This document shows, in pieces, positions 18,020 to 33,430 of a stretch of DNA of 64,000 bases. Both the position numbers and the translations under genes were made by a program. Below the pieces are notes generated by a model that saw only the letters and a program-made list of their open reading frames with translations, searched no databases and was not told the DNA's origin. Each line of letters begins with the position of its first letter. Within the stretch, counting starts at the first letter, position 1. Source of the stretch: Dendrobates tinctorius (taxonomy: Eukaryota); the NCBI RefSeq assembly GCF_039654945.1, contig NW_027361709.1:6448001-6512000 (forward strand), in the 5' to 3' direction.

Positions 18020-19100
18020 CGCTCCTCCTCCTCTTTCCTTATTTTTCCTCTCCCTTCTTTTCTTCCTCTTTCCTCTTCTTTATCTTTTTCCTCCTCCTCC
18101 CCTGTCTTCCTCCTCCTTCTCCTCGGGACCTTTCCTTCTTTTGTAGATTTTCTCTTGCTCTTTACACTTTATAATTTTATCTTTTCTGTATTTTGTGTTT
18201 GGTGATTTTTTATGCTTTTTTTTTTTTAAAGTTGTATAAACCTTTGTGATAATTTGTTTATGAGGAATAATTGCATTTCTATAGCGCCGACATGAGATCA
18301 TGAGAGCAAACAATGAGAATGTTGTGCGCCAGAAGCACTTAAAGGGGTTGTCTGGTGAAAAGCAGGTTCTGAGAGGTGAACAGGTCCTGTTGGGGGGCAC
18401 TGAGCAGGTGGCTTGTATATACTCGTGTTTGTGCAATGATGTGATCATGTCCTGAGAGATGGAGCCCGGACACAACGACCTGAGGCCGGACACAGCAGCC
18501 CGGAGCCGCTGCCGGGACACAATGTATCCGCCATCATTCTGCTCGGAACTTTGACACGATCTGCACCACTCGATTGGCTGGAGAGAAGCTGTCACCCTAG
18601 CAACAGCGTTCCAGGTGCGTGGCCTCAGTGACAGCTGGGATGGGGCAGGAGGAGCTGCAGGACAGTGACAGCTCAGTGCTTCTCCTCCGTCTTCTTTTTC
18701 GCTTCCTTCTCCTCTTTCCTCTTCTACTCTTCTTTTCCTCCTCTTTCTTTTTACTTTTCTCCACTTTCTTCCTCTTCTCCTTTTCGCCATCTCCTCCTTC
18801 TCTTTCCTCTTCATCTCTTTGCTCTTCTTTTCCTCCTTCTTTTTCTTCTCTTTCCTCTTCTCCCATCTTCTTTTCCTCCTCCTCCTTTTCCTTCTTGTTT
18901 TTCTCCTCCTCCCCTGTCTTCTTCTCCATCTCCTCCTTCTCATCTCCTTCTCTTTGCTCTTCTTTTCCTCCTTTTTCTTCTCTCTTCTCCTCCCATCTTC
19001 TTCTTTTCCTCCTCCTTCTCTTTGCTCTTCTTCTTCTCCTCCTCCTTCTCGTTTCTCTCCTCCTCCCCTGTCTTCCTCCTCCTCCTCTTTTTCTCCTTGG
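18020..19100. repeat. Polypyrimidine (CTT/CCT) low-complexity tracts downstream of H1-10 copy A
   Basis: Near-pure C/T tracts at about 18020-18125 and 18680-19100. Confidence 0.85.
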
Positions 19101-19322
19101 GACCTTTCCTTCCTTTTGTAGATTTTCTCTTGCGCTTTATTTTGCACTTTATAATTTTATCTTTTCTGTATTTTGTGGTTGGTGATTTTTTTTTATGCTA
19201 AATGTAAAAAAAACAAGTTGTATAAACCTTTGTGATATTTTGTTTATGAGTAATAATTGCATTTCTATAGCGCCGACATATGAGAGCAAACAATGAGAAT
19301 GTTGTGCGCCAGAAACACTTAA

Positions 19323-19583
19323 AGGGGTTGTCTGGTGAAAAGCAGGTTCTGAGAGGTGATCAGTCCTGTAGGGTGGGGGGTGCCGACCCCTGGGACCCTC
19401 GCTGAGGCGCAGATCAGGCGCTTGTATCTCTGTAACAGTGGAGCACGCTCCTTCGTTCCACCTCACACTCCATTTTGTATCAGGTACAATCATTTGCCGA
19501 TCAGCGCCGGTCCCAACTGCTGGACACGACCAGTCGATAAGTGATCACCTATCCCCCAGATAAGTGATAACTTTGAGACCCCT
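19323..19583. mobile_element. TTAA-targeting MITE (T2/Kolobok-like); one example of several similar ends in the window
   Basis: ttaa|AGGGGTTGTC ... GAGACCCCT|ataa with internal imperfect palindromes. Confidence 0.5.
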
Positions 19584-19749
19584 ATAAAGCGCCACTGGCA
19601 TTTTTTATTTTTTTCCCCACCGAAGTAGCGCTTCTAAGTCCCCAGCCCCCCAGTCTAATACTCACCCGCCACCATCTTCATATTCGATCAGCACCGCTGG
19701 AGTCAGACTTCAGTAGTTAGTGACCTACCGGAGGACACGTATCTCTGCA

Positions 19750-21580
19750 AATCTATGAGGGTCTCATCCTGGCTCCCATAGATGTACATTAGGATCTGTG
19801 AGGGTCTCTTTCTGGCTCCCATAGATGTACATCAGGATCTATGGGGGTCTTGTCCTGGCTCTCATAGATGTACATCAGGATCTATGAGGGTCTCGTCCTG
19901 GCTCCTATAGATGTACATCAGGATCTATGAGGGTCTCTTTCTGGCTCCCATAAATGTACATCAGGATCTATGGGGGGGTCTTGTCCTGGCTCTCATAGAT
20001 GTACATCAGGATCTATGGGGGTCTTGTCCTGGCTCTCATAGATGTACATCAGGATCTATGAGGGTCTCTTTCTGGCTCTCATAGATGTACATCAGGATCT
20101 ATGGGGGTCTTGTCCTGGCTCTCATAGATGTAAATTAGGATCTATGAGGGTCTCGTCCTGGCTCCTATAGATGTACATCAGGATCTATGAGGGTCTCTTT
20201 CTGGCTCCCATAGATGTACATCAGGATCTATGAGGGTCTCTTTCTGGCTCTCATAGATGTAGATCAGGATCTATGAGGGTCTCATCCTGGCTCCTATAGA
20301 TGTACATCAGGATCTATGAGGGTCTCTTTCTGGCTCCCATAGATGTACATCAGGATCTATGGGGGTCTCGTCCTGGCTCCCATAGATGTACATCAGGATC
20401 TATGAGGGTCTCGTCCTGGCTCCCATAGATGTACATCAGGATCTATGGGGGGTCTCGTCCTGGCTCTCATAGATGTAAATTAGGATCTATGAGGGTCTCG
20501 TCCTGGCTCCCATAGATGTACATCAGGATCTATGAGGGTCTCGTCCTGGCTCTCATAGATGTAAATTAGGATCTATGGGGGTCTCGTCCTGGCTCCCATA
20601 GATGTACATCAGGATCTATGAGGGTCTCTTTCTGGCTCCCATAGATGTACATCAGGATCTATGAGGGTCTCGTCCTGGCTCCCATAGATGTAAATTAGGA
20701 TCTATGGGGGTCTCGTCCTGGCTCCCATAGATGTACATCAGGATCTATGCGGGTCTCGTCCTGGCTCCCATAGATGTACATCAGGATCTATGAGGGTCTC
20801 GTCCTGGCTCCCATAGATGTACATCAGGATCTATGCGGGTCTCGTCCTGGCTCCCATAGATGTACATCAGGATCTATGCGGGTCTCGTCCTGGCTCCCAT
20901 AGATGTACATCAGGATCTATGAGGGTCTCGTCCTGGCTCCCATAGATGTACATCAGGATCTATGAGGGTCTCGTCCTGGCTCCCATAGATGTAAATTAGG
21001 ATCTATGGGGGTCTCGTCCTGGCTCCCATAGATGTAAATTAGGATCTATGGGGGTCTCGTCCTGGCTCCCATAGATGTACATCAGGATCTATGCGGGTCT
21101 CGTCCTGGCTCCCATAGATGTACATCAGGATCTATGAGGGTCTCGTCCTGGCTCCCATAGATGTACATCAGGATCTATGCGGGTCTCGTCCTGGCTCCCA
21201 TAGATGTACATCAGGATCTATGCGGGTCTCGTCCTGGCTCCCATAGATGTACATCAGGATCTATGAGGGTCTCGTCCTGGCTCCCATAGATGTACATCAG
21301 GATCTATGCGGGTCTCGTCCTGGCTCCCATAGATGTACATCAGGATCTATGCGGGTCTCGTCCTGGCTCCCATAGATGTACATCAGGATCTATGAGGGTC
21401 TCTTTCTGGCTCCCATAGATGTACATCAGGATCTATGCGGGTCTCGCCCTGGCTCCCATAGATGTACATCAGGATCTATAGGGGGGGTCTCGTCCTGGCT
21501 CCCATAGATGTAAATTAGGATCTATGAGGGTCTCGTCCTGGCTCCCATAGATGTACCTCATGGGAGCCAGGAGGAGACCT
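19750..21580. repeat. 43-bp minisatellite with palindromic core (catagatgtacatcaggatctatgagggtctcgtcctggctcc)
   Basis: About 42 visible tandem copies. Confidence 0.95.
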
Positions 21581-21852
21581 ATGTTGGAAGACCATTTCCG
21601 GTGACTACCTCTTGAAGCTCATCAATAGAATGCCAAGAGTGTGCAAAGCAGTAATCAAAGCAAAAGGTGGCTACTTTGAAGAACCTAGAATATAAGACAT
21701 ATTTTCAGTTGTTTCACACTTTAATTATATAATTCCACATGTGGTAATTCATTGTTTTGATGCCTTCAGAATGAATCTACAATTTTCATAGTCATGAAAA
21801 TAAAGAAAATGCTTTGAATGAGAAGGTGTGTCCAAACTTTTGGTCTGTACTG
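21581..21852 (+). mobile_element. 3' fragment of a Tc1-like transposon
   Basis: Translates WKTISGDYLLKLINRMPRVCKAVIKAKGGYFEEPRI* and ends in the TIR-like ggtgtgtccaaacttttggtctgtactg. Confidence 0.8.
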
Positions 21853-23681
21853 TGTATATGTCCTTTATGCTAGTATATATCGGGATAGGGAGGGGCCCGT
21901 CGGACTCTATGCTACTGCTTGGCGCCGTCCTTTTCTGTTTGCCTCTGTTCATCTGCTGCATCTGTAATGAAAAGGGAAGCAGACGGATCCCAATGATTGT
22001 GACGAGTTGTAGTTTTTAGTATGGAAGTAAAAAATGTTGTTAACAAGATGTGACCAGAGCCTTCGAAGGGTCAACGACAAATTGATCCCAGGATGCCCCC
22101 GCTGTCGAGACCCCATGTTTCGCTGTAGTTTGGAGTCACTGGAACTTGCAGCGACAGAGGCGATGCTGCAGAGGTTTTTTCGCTTATCCTTTATAGTCCA
22201 CAATTACTGGGGGAAGATGGAAATCTGACAGATCCACATTGGTGCAATGACATCATCAGCACTAAGCCAGTTATGTCATCAGGCCCAGGGTCACATGACC
22301 ACCCTAATCTGGACCAATATAAAGGTCCTCGAAACATAAAGAGCTCTGAGACCCATGGGCAGAGTGCAACGTCATAACACTTCCCTATTGCGCCACCAAA
22401 TTATAGGGTTATGCCCACCACCATTCATTCTCTAAGGTTGGAAATATGACCACCAGATGTCGGACCTCTGCTCAGGGGTGGACGTACCATTGGTGCAACC
22501 TGTGCAGCCGCCCAGGGGTCCTAGAGGTCAGGGGACCACATGTACCTTCAAAGCAGGTGAGCGACTGCAAAGCGACCATATAGTGTTCCCTCTTCGGTCT
22601 GTGTCCGCTCCGCCCTGTAAAAATCCAAAAATTATCCCCAATCCATAAAGGGTTTTCGCCCTTTCAAAAAAATCCCTGTCCCCCATTCACCCCGGATCCT
22701 GCACCCCCCCCCCCACAGCAAATTAACAAGAGCACCTACATTAAAATGAGTCCAATTCAATTGATCTCAATAGACCCATCTGTCCTGCAGCCATTGGGAA
22801 AGCTGGGGCAAAGAGAGCAGGGTCCTGGGGGGCCGTCAGGTTACAGGGCTATTCCTGAATGCTGGGTTATTCCAGGGGAAAAACTGCTTCAAAAGGACAT
22901 AGCTCAGCAAAGGAGACAATCCCTGTAAAAGCCATCTCTATACAATAAACCCAGGCAGATCTGGGCAACGTGCGGCCGGCAGACCGAGCCAACCGAAGGC
23001 CCACACCGTGCTCCCACACGCCACCGCCGCTGTCACCGACATCCGTATCCTCAGGATGCAGACAGCAGTGAATGTATTGGTGGAGGACAGAGCGTGTTTA
23101 TTATTTCTTCTTGATCGTTCACGCAGGGTTCACTACTGAACGTTGAGGCACCTGCAATGAAAGGACGTACCTTGTAGGTGTTTGTACGTCCCCAGAAGGA
23201 TGGCTTAAATATCCAACTGGCCATTGGCAGAAAGAAGGTTCCTCACCCCTGCTGTATATAGTGGGCTATGTGGGGGCTTGTAGTGTAGTTAGGAGGCTGG
23301 GTGGAGACTCATACTGTAGATAGAGGCTATGTGGGGTTAACACTGTATATAGGAGGCTATATGAGGCTCATACTGTATATTGGGAGCTATGTAAGGGCTC
23401 ATACTGTATATAGGGAGATATGTAAGGGCTCATACTGTATATAAGGGGCTATGTGGGGGCTCATACTGTATATAGGAGGTTCCTCATCCCTGCTGTATAT
23501 AGTGGGCTATGTGGGGGCTTGTACTGTATTTAGGAGGCTGGGTGGAGACTCATACTGTATATAGAGGCAATGTGGGGTTAACACTATATAGGAGGCTATA
23601 TGAGGCTCATACTGTATATAGTAGGCTATATAAGGGCTTCACTGTGTATAGAGAGGCTATGTGGGGCTCCTACTGTATATA

Positions 23682-25304
<1,623 letters not shown>

Positions 25305-26170
25305 TAGGAGGTTCCTCACCCCTACTGTATATAGTGGGCTATGTGGGGGCTTGTACTGTATTTAGGAGGCTGGGTGGAAACTCATACTGTATATAGCAGG
25401 CTATATGAGGCTCATACTGTATATAGGGAGCTATGTAAGGGCTCATACTGTATATAGGGGGCTATATAGGGGCTTAACTGTGTATAGAGAGGCTATTTGG
25501 GGCTCCTACTGTATATAGGAGGTTCCTCACCCCTGCTGTATATAGTGGGCTATGTGTGGGCTTGTACTGTATTTAGGAGGCTGGGTGGAGACTCATACTG
25601 TATATAGAGGCTATGTGGGGGCTTAGTGTATAAGGGAGGCTATGTGAGGCTAATACTGTATATAGGAGGCTATGCAGGGGCTCATTCTATTTATAGGAGG
25701 CTATGTGGGGTCCCATACTGTATATAGGGAGGCTATGCTGGGCTCACGCTGTATAGGAGGGTATGTGTATACAGCGAGCTATTTAAGGGCTCATACTGTA
25801 TATAGGGAGCTATGTGGGGAATCATACTGTATATAGGGGCTACATGGAGGTCATATTGTATATAGGAGGCTGTGTGGGGTTCATACTGTATATAGGGGCT
25901 ATGTAAGGGCTCATAATGTATACAGGTGGCTATGTGTGGGCTCATACTACATATAGGAGGCTAGTTGGGGCTCATACATTATATAGAGGGGTTCATACTG
26001 TATATACGGAGCCTATGTGGGGGCTCATACTGTATATAGGAGTCCATGTGGGGGTTCATACTGTATACAGGAAACTATGTGAGGGCTCATACTGTATATA
26101 GCGGACTATGTGGGGGCTCTTACTGTACACAGGCTATGTGAGGACTCATACTGTATATAGGGGTCTATGT

Positions 26171-29100
26171 CAGTGGTCCCTAACCTTTTTTGCACCAGGG
26201 ACCGGCTTCAAGCAAGACCATTCTTCCATGGCCCGGCAGGGCGGGGATAGAGGTGTGACAGGGGTGGGGCTTTGGTCATAAGGGGGCGGGGCTATGGATG
26301 CGGTTGTAGTTTATCATTTAATTATAACATTTATAATGTGACTCAACTCACCATAGGTTTTGAATGAGTGGGAGCACCTGGCTTGTTTCTCTGTTTCAGT
26401 GGTAGCACCGGGCTACTTCTACTGATGACCGTCACTGCTAATGATGACTGGAACCTACAAGGAAATGGAGCATTGAGCACTTAAGAAAAATTGTACTGGA
26501 GTACTGTACATGCAGATTATTTTCTAATCATCAGAAAATGTATGAGTGGTTCCCTCCGTCCTGTCGAGCTCTGTGTGGCTCCGAGCCCTGTTGTATGCAT
26601 GGCTCCCCTGTCCCATCCTTGTATACATGGCTCTGCTCCCATCCTCCCATCTTTGTATACATGGCTCTGCTCCCACTCTCCCTCCCTTGTATTTATGGCT
26701 CCGCTCCCACTCTCCCTCCCCTGTATATATGGCTCCGCTCCCACTCTCCCTCCCTTGTATATATGGCTCTGCTTCCACTCTCCCTTCCTTGTATACATGG
26801 CTCCGCTCCCACCCTCCCTCCCTTGTATATATGGCTCCGCTCCCACTCTCCCTCCCCTGCATATATGGCTCCGCTCCCACTCTCCCTCCCTTGTATTTAT
26901 GGCTCCGCTCCCACTCTCCCTCCCTTGTAAATATGGCTCCACTCCCACCCTCCCTCCCTTGTATATATGGCTCCGCTCCCACTCTCCCTCCCCTGCATAT
27001 ATGGCTCCGCTCCCACCCTCCCTCCCTTGTATATATGGCTCCGCTCCCACTCTCCCTCCCTTGTATATATGGCTCCACTCCCACTCTCTCTCCATTGTAT
27101 TTATGGCTCCGCTCCCACTCTCCCTCCCTTGTATTTATGGCTCCGCTCCCACTCTCCCTCCCTTGTATATATGGCTCCGCTCCCACCCTCCCTCCCTTGT
27201 ATACATGGCTCCGCTCCCACTCTCCCTCCCTTGTATATATGGCTCCACTCCCACTCTCTCTCCCTTGTATTTATGGCTCCGCTCCCACTCTCCCTCCCTT
27301 GTATACATGGCTCCGCTCCCACTCTCCCTCCCTTGTATATATGGCTCCGCTCCCACTCTCCCTCCCCTGCATATATGGCTCCGCTCCCACCCTCCCTCCC
27401 TTGTATATATGGCTCCGCTCCCACTCTCCCTCCCTTGTATATATCGCTCCACTCCCACTCTCTCTCCCTTGTATTTATGGCTCCGCTCCCACTCTCCCTC
27501 CCTTGTATTTATGGCTCCGCTCCCACTCTCCCTCCCCTGTATATATGGCTCCGCTCCCACTCTCCCTCCCTTGTATATATGGCTCCGCTCCCACCCTCCC
27601 TCCCTTGTATATATGGCTCCGCTCCCACTCTCCCTCCCCTGCATATATGGCTCCGCTCCCACCCTCCCTCCCTTGTATATATGGCTCCGCTCCCACTCTC
27701 CCTCCCTTGTATATATGGCTCCACTCCCACTCTCTCTCCCTTGTATTTATGGCTCCGCTCCCACTCTCCCTCCCTTGTATTTATGGCTCCGCTCCCACTC
27801 TCCCTCCCCTGTATATATGCCTCCGCTCCCACTCTCCCTCCCTTGTATATATGGCTCCGCTCCCACTCTCCCTCCCCTGCATATATGGCTCCGCTCCCAC
27901 TCTCCCTCCCTTGTATTTATGGCTCCGCTCCCACCCTCCCTCCCTTGTATATATGGCTCCGCTCCCACTCTCCCTCCCTTGTATTTATGGCTCCGCTCCC
28001 ACTCTCCCTCCCTTGTATATATGGCTCCGCTCCCACTCTCCCTCCCCTGCATATATGGCTCCGCTCCCACTCTCCCTCCCTTGTATTTATGGCTCCGCTC
28101 CCACCATCCCTCCCTTGTATATATGGCTCCGCTCCCACTCTCACTCCCTTGTATTTATGGCTCCGCTCCCACTCTCCCTCCCTTATATATATGGCTCCAC
28201 TCCCACTCTCCCTCCCTTGTATTTATGGCTCCGCTCCCACTCTCCCTCCCCTGTATATATGGCTCCGCTCCCACTCTGCCTCCCCTGTATATATGGCTCC
28301 GCTCCCACCCTCCCTCCCTTGTATTTATGGCTCCGCTCCCACTCTCTCTCCCTTGTATTTATGGCTCCGCTCCCACTCTCCCTCCCCTGTATATATGGCT
28401 CCGCTCCCACTCTCCCTTCCTTGTATATATGGCTCCGCTCCCACTCTCCCTCCCTTGTATTTATGGCTCCACTCCCATTCTCCCTCCCCTGTATATATGG
28501 CTCTGCTCCCACTCTCCCTCCCCTGCATATATGGCTCCGCTCCCACTCTCCCTCCCCTGCATATATGGCTCCGCTCCCACTCTCCCTCCCCTGTATATAT
28601 GGCTCCGCTCCCACTCTCCCTCCCCTGTATATATGGCTCCGCTCCCACTCTCCCTCCCCTGCATATATGGCTCCGCTCCCACTCTCCCTCCCCTGCATAT
28701 ATGGCTCCGCTCCCACTCTCCCTCCCTTGTATATATGGCTCCGCTCCCACTCTCCCTCCCCTGTATATATGGCTCCGCTCCCACTCTCCCTCCCCTGTAT
28801 ATATGGCTCCGCTCCCACTCTCCCTCCCTTGTATATATGGCTCCGCTCCCACTCTCCCTCCCCTGTATATATTGCTCTGCTCCCACTCTCCCTCCCCTGT
28901 ATATATGGCTCTGCTCCCACTCTCCCTCCCTTGTATATATGGCTCCGCTCCCACTCTCCCTCCCCTGTATATATGGCTCCGCTCCCACTCTCCCTCCCTT
29001 GTATATATGGCTCCGCTCCCACTCTCCCTCCCCTGTATATATGGCTCCACTCCCACTCTCCCTCCCTTGTATATATGGCTCCGCTCCCACTCTCCCTCCC

Positions 29101-30935
29101 TTGTATATATGGCTCCGCTCCCACTCTCCCCTGCATATATGGCTCCGCTCCCACTCTCCCTCCCCTGTATATATGGCTCCGCTCCCACTCTCCCTCCCCT
29201 GTATATATGGCTCTGTTCCCACTCTCCCTCCCTTGTATATATGGCTCCGCTCCCACTCTCCCTCCCCTGTATTTATGGCTCCGCTCCCACTCTCCCTCCC
29301 CTGCATATATGGCTCCGCTCCCACTCTCCCTCCCTTGTATATATGGCTCCGCTCCCACTCTCCCTCCCCTGTATATATGGCTCCGCTCCCACTCTCCCTT
29401 CCTTGTATATATGGCTCCGCTCCCACTCTCCCTCCCCTGTATATATGGCTCCGCTCCCACTCTCCCTCCCCTGCATATATGGCTCCGCTCCCACTCTCCC
29501 TCCCTTGTATATATGGCTCCGCTCCCACTCTCCCTCCCCTGTATATATGGCTCCGCTCCCACTCTCCCTTCCTTGTATATATGGCTCCGCTCCCACTCTC
29601 CCTCCCCTGTATATATGGCTCTGCTCCCACTCTCCCTCCCTTGTATATATGGCTCCGCTCCCACTCTCCCTCCCCTGCATATATGGCTCCGCTCCCACTC
29701 TCCCTCCCTTGTATATATGGCTCCGCTCCCACTCTCCCTCCCCTGTATATATGGCTCCGCTCCCACTCTCCCTTCCTTGTATATATGGCTCCGCTCCCAC
29801 TCTCCCTCCCCTGTACATATGACTCTGCTCCCACTCTCCCTCCCCTGTATATATGGCTCCGCTCCCACTCTCCCTCCCCTGCATATATGGCTCCGCTCCC
29901 ACTCTCCCTCCCCTGTATATATGGCTCCGCTCCCACTCTCCCTCCCCTGCATATATGGCTCCGCTCCCACTCTCCCTCCCTTGTATATTTGGCTCCGCTC
30001 TCACTCTCCCTCCCTTGTATATATGGCTCCGCTCCCACTCTCCCTCCCCTGTATATATGGCTCTGCTCCCACTCTCCCTCCCCTGTATATATGGCTCCGC
30101 TCCCACTCTCCCTCCCCTGCATATATGGCTCCGCTCCCACTCTCCCTCCCCTGTATATATGGCTCTGCTCCCACTCTCCCTCCCCTGTATTTATGGCACC
30201 GCTCCCACTCTCCCTCCCCTGCATATATGGCTCTGCTCCCACTCTCCCTCCCCTGTATTTATGGCTCCGCTCCCACTCTCCCTCCCCTGCATATATGGCT
30301 CCGCTCCCACTCTCCCTCCCCTGCATATATGGCTCCGCTCCAACCCACCCTCCCTTGTATATATGGCTCCGCTCCCACTCTCCCTCCCTTGTATATTTGG
30401 CTCCGCTCCCACTCTCCCTCCCTTGTATATTTGGCTCCGCTCACACTCTCCCTCCCCTGTATATATGGCTCCGCTCCCACTCTCCCTCCCTTGTATATAT
30501 GGCTCCGCTCCCACCCTCCCCTGTATATGGCTCCGCTCCCACTCTCCCACCCTTGTATATATGGCTCCGCTTGGCTCCCCCATCCTCCCCCATCATTCTT
30601 ACCCTCACATTTCTGACCTTCCTTCCCGTCGCTGAACTTCCCTCCCTGCATCTCGCGGTGCTTTAGCTCCTGTGCGGAGCGATCACGTGCTACCGCTCAT
30701 TACGGTGCATGAATATGTACGCCATGCCTATGGGTGATGAGTGGCGTCCATATTCATGACCTTAATTGAGCAGTACACTTGACCGCTCAGCGCTGGATGA
30801 AGCCGCCGCGCCGGCAGGGACCGCTAGGTGAGTATCAGCTTCTGCACCACCGCCGGCTCCCCTTGTGTCCGCGGACCGGCAAGGGCACTGCAACGGCCCA
30901 GTGCTGGGCCTCGGACCGGTGGTTGGGGACCCCTG
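26171..30935. mobile_element. Non-autonomous hAT (Charlie-like) element carrying a ~4-kb minisatellite
   Basis: TIRs CAGTGGTCCCTAACC / GGTTGGGGACCCCTG and a perfect 8-bp TSD GTCTATGT (26163-26170 and 30936-30943). Confidence 0.9.
26590..30570. repeat. 34-bp minisatellite (ccttgtatatatggctccgctcccactctccctc), >110 copies
   Basis: Directly visible; generates the spurious 950-1391-aa ORFs. Confidence 0.97.
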
Positions 30936-31254
30936 GTCTATGTAAAGGCTCATACTGTATATATGGAGGCTGTGTGGGGGCTAATGTATACAGGGAGACA
31001 ATGTGGAGCTCATACATGTAGGGGTTGTCAGCATACCTAATTCTGCTCAACATTAAGTGATACAATCAATATAAAATAATTATAATTAATATGTTAATAT
31101 TAATGTTGAGCAGAATTAATTTCAGCCTATTGGTTCGGCCTCCACAACAGTCATGGTCTCTCATGTGGTCCCCTGGGGAAATTAATTGCCCACCTCTGCT
31201 GTAAGGGAAGGGTGGGTCTATCCAGTTCCTATAACTAAATTGTATTTTATTCTA

Positions 31255-31885
31255 TTTTCTATCCTAAACTCTGCTGCCCGACTAATCCACCTGTCCCCCC
31301 GCTATTCCCCGTCCTCTCCCCTCTGTCAATCCCTGCACTGGCTCCCCATTGCCCAAAGACCCCAGTTCAAAACCCTAACCATGACATACAAAGCCATCCA
31401 CAACCTGTCTCCTCCATACATCTGTGACCTCGTTTCTTACTTACCTGCACGAAACCTCTGATCCTCACAAGATCTCCTTCTGTACTCCCCTCTTATCCTC
31501 TTATCTCCTCTTCCCACAATCACATACAAGATTTCTCCCGTGCTTCCCCCCTACTCTGGAACTCTCTACCACCACATATCAGACTCTCGCCTACCATGGA
31601 AACCTTCAAAAAGAACCTGAAGACCCACCTCTTCCGACAAGCCTACAACCTGCAGTAACCACCAATCCACCAAACCACTGCACGACCAGCTCTACCCTCA
31701 CCTACTATATCCTCACCCATCCCTTGTAGATTGTGAGCCCTCGCGGGCAGGGTCCTCTCTCCTCCTGGACCAGTCGTGACTTATATTGTTTAAGATTACT
31801 GTACTTGTATGTATTATGTATACCCCTCCTCACATGTAAAGCGCCTTGGAATAAATGGCGCTATAATAATAAACAATATTATAAT
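31255..31885 (+). mobile_element. L2 LINE 3' fragment
   Basis: ILNSAARLI...LCQSLHWLPIAQR..FKTL...PPYI signature, with 3' end tgtaaagcgccttggaataaatggcgctataataataa. Confidence 0.8.
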
Positions 31886-32295
31886 TATTGTCACCAGAAC
31901 ACATTCATCTCTGCTGCGTCACCCGTCATTATCAGAGATACAGCAGAGGTGAGTTTGTCATTTGTTGCATCTCATCGTGATCAGTGGCGTAGCGTGGGGG
32001 GGGCGGTCCGCCCCAGGCGGCACGTTGTGGGGGCGGCGCGGCAGCAGCAGCAATTCCTCTCTGTGGGAGAAGCGCGGAGGCACAGTGCAGTGCAGCGGCG
32101 GGCAGGGAGCGATCACAGCAGCTCCGCTGCCTGCAAGAGGGAATAGCAGAAGCGGAGCTGCAAAGACCCGTCCTGCTTCCTGCCCGGAGGCCACGCTTCC
32201 TATTTGACACAGAGGAGCGCCGCTGAATGACGTCATCATTCAGCGGCCGCTGCTGTGTGAGCGAGGAAGAGCGGGCGATGCTGCGGACAGGTGAG

Positions 32296-32798
32296 NNNNN
32301 NNNNNNNNNNNNNNNNNNNNNNNNNNNNNNNNNNNNNNNNNNNNNNNNNNNNNNNNNNNNNNNNNNNNNNNNNNNNNNNNNNNNNNNNNNNNNNNNNNNN
32401 NNNNNNNNNNNNNNNNNNNNNNNNNNNNNNNNNNNNNNNNNNNNNNNNNNNNNNNNNNNTGTGTATGTCTGTGTGTATGTATGTCTGTCTGTGTGTATGT
32501 ATGTCTGTGTATGTCTGTNNNNNNNNNNNNNNNNNNNNNNNNNNNNNNNNNNNNNNNNNNNNNNNNNNNNNNNNNNNNNNNNNNNNNNNNNNNNNNNNNN
32601 NNNNNNNNNNNNNNNNNNNNNNNNNNNNNNNNNNNNNNNNNNNNNNNNNNNNNNNNNNNNNNNNNNNNNNNNNNNNNNNNNNNNNNNNNNNNNNNNNNNN
32701 NNNNNNNNNNNNNNNNNNNNNNNNNNNNNNNNNNNNNNNNNNNNNNNNNNNNNNNNNNNNNNNNNNNNNNNNNNNNNNNNNNNNNNNNNNNNNNNNNN
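32296..32798. other. Two unresolved or masked N runs (32296-32459 and 32519-32798) around a TG-rich microsatellite
   Basis: N characters in the sequence. Confidence 0.95.
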
Positions 32799-32829
32799 CT
32801 GGAGGAGATGGGGACATGAGAAGACTGTG

Positions 32830-33430
32830 ATGGGGAGAGAAGGCCATGATGCCTGGGGTGATGGGAGGCCATGAGGGGGTAATGGGAGAAGGCCTTGAGG
32901 GGGTAATGGGAGAAGGCCATGTGGGGGTAATGGGAGGTCTTGAGGGGGTAATGGGAGAAGGCCATGTGGGGGTAATGGGAGAAGGCCCTGAGGGGGTAAT
33001 GGGAGAAGGCCCTGAGGGGATAATGGGAGAAGGCCCTGAGGGGGTAATGGGAGAAGGCCTTGAGGGGCTAATGGGAGAAGGCCATGTGGGGGTAATGGGA
33101 GAAGGCCTTGAGGGGGTAATGGGAGAAGGCCTTGAGGGGGTAATGGGAGAAGGCCATGATGGGGGTGATGCAGAGAAGGCAATGATGGGAGTGATGGGGT
33201 GATGGAGCAGAAAATGATGGGGTGATGGAGCAGGCAATGATGGGAGTGATGGGGAGAAGGCAGTGATGGGATGATGGAGCAGGCAATGATGGGAGTGATG
33301 GGGAGAAGGCAGTGATGGGGTGATGGAGCAGGCAATGATGGGAGTGATGGGGAGAAGGCAGTGATGGGGTGAAGGAGAAGGCAATGATGGGAGTGATGGG
33401 GAGAAGGCATTGATGGGGTGATGGAGAGGG
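32830..33430. repeat. G-rich minisatellites (27-bp gggggtaatgggagaaggccttga-type, then gatgggg-rich units)
   Basis: Tandem units visible. Confidence 0.85.

Noticed and set aside
18080-19201. 355-aa Glu/Lys/Arg-rich ORF and Phe/Ser/Leu-rich ORFs
   Set aside because: Low-complexity CTT/CCT tract with no domain.
26491-30666. Very long ORFs (1391, 1356 and 951 aa, plus antisense)
   Set aside because: Translations of a stop-poor 34-bp minisatellite, open in several frames on both strands.
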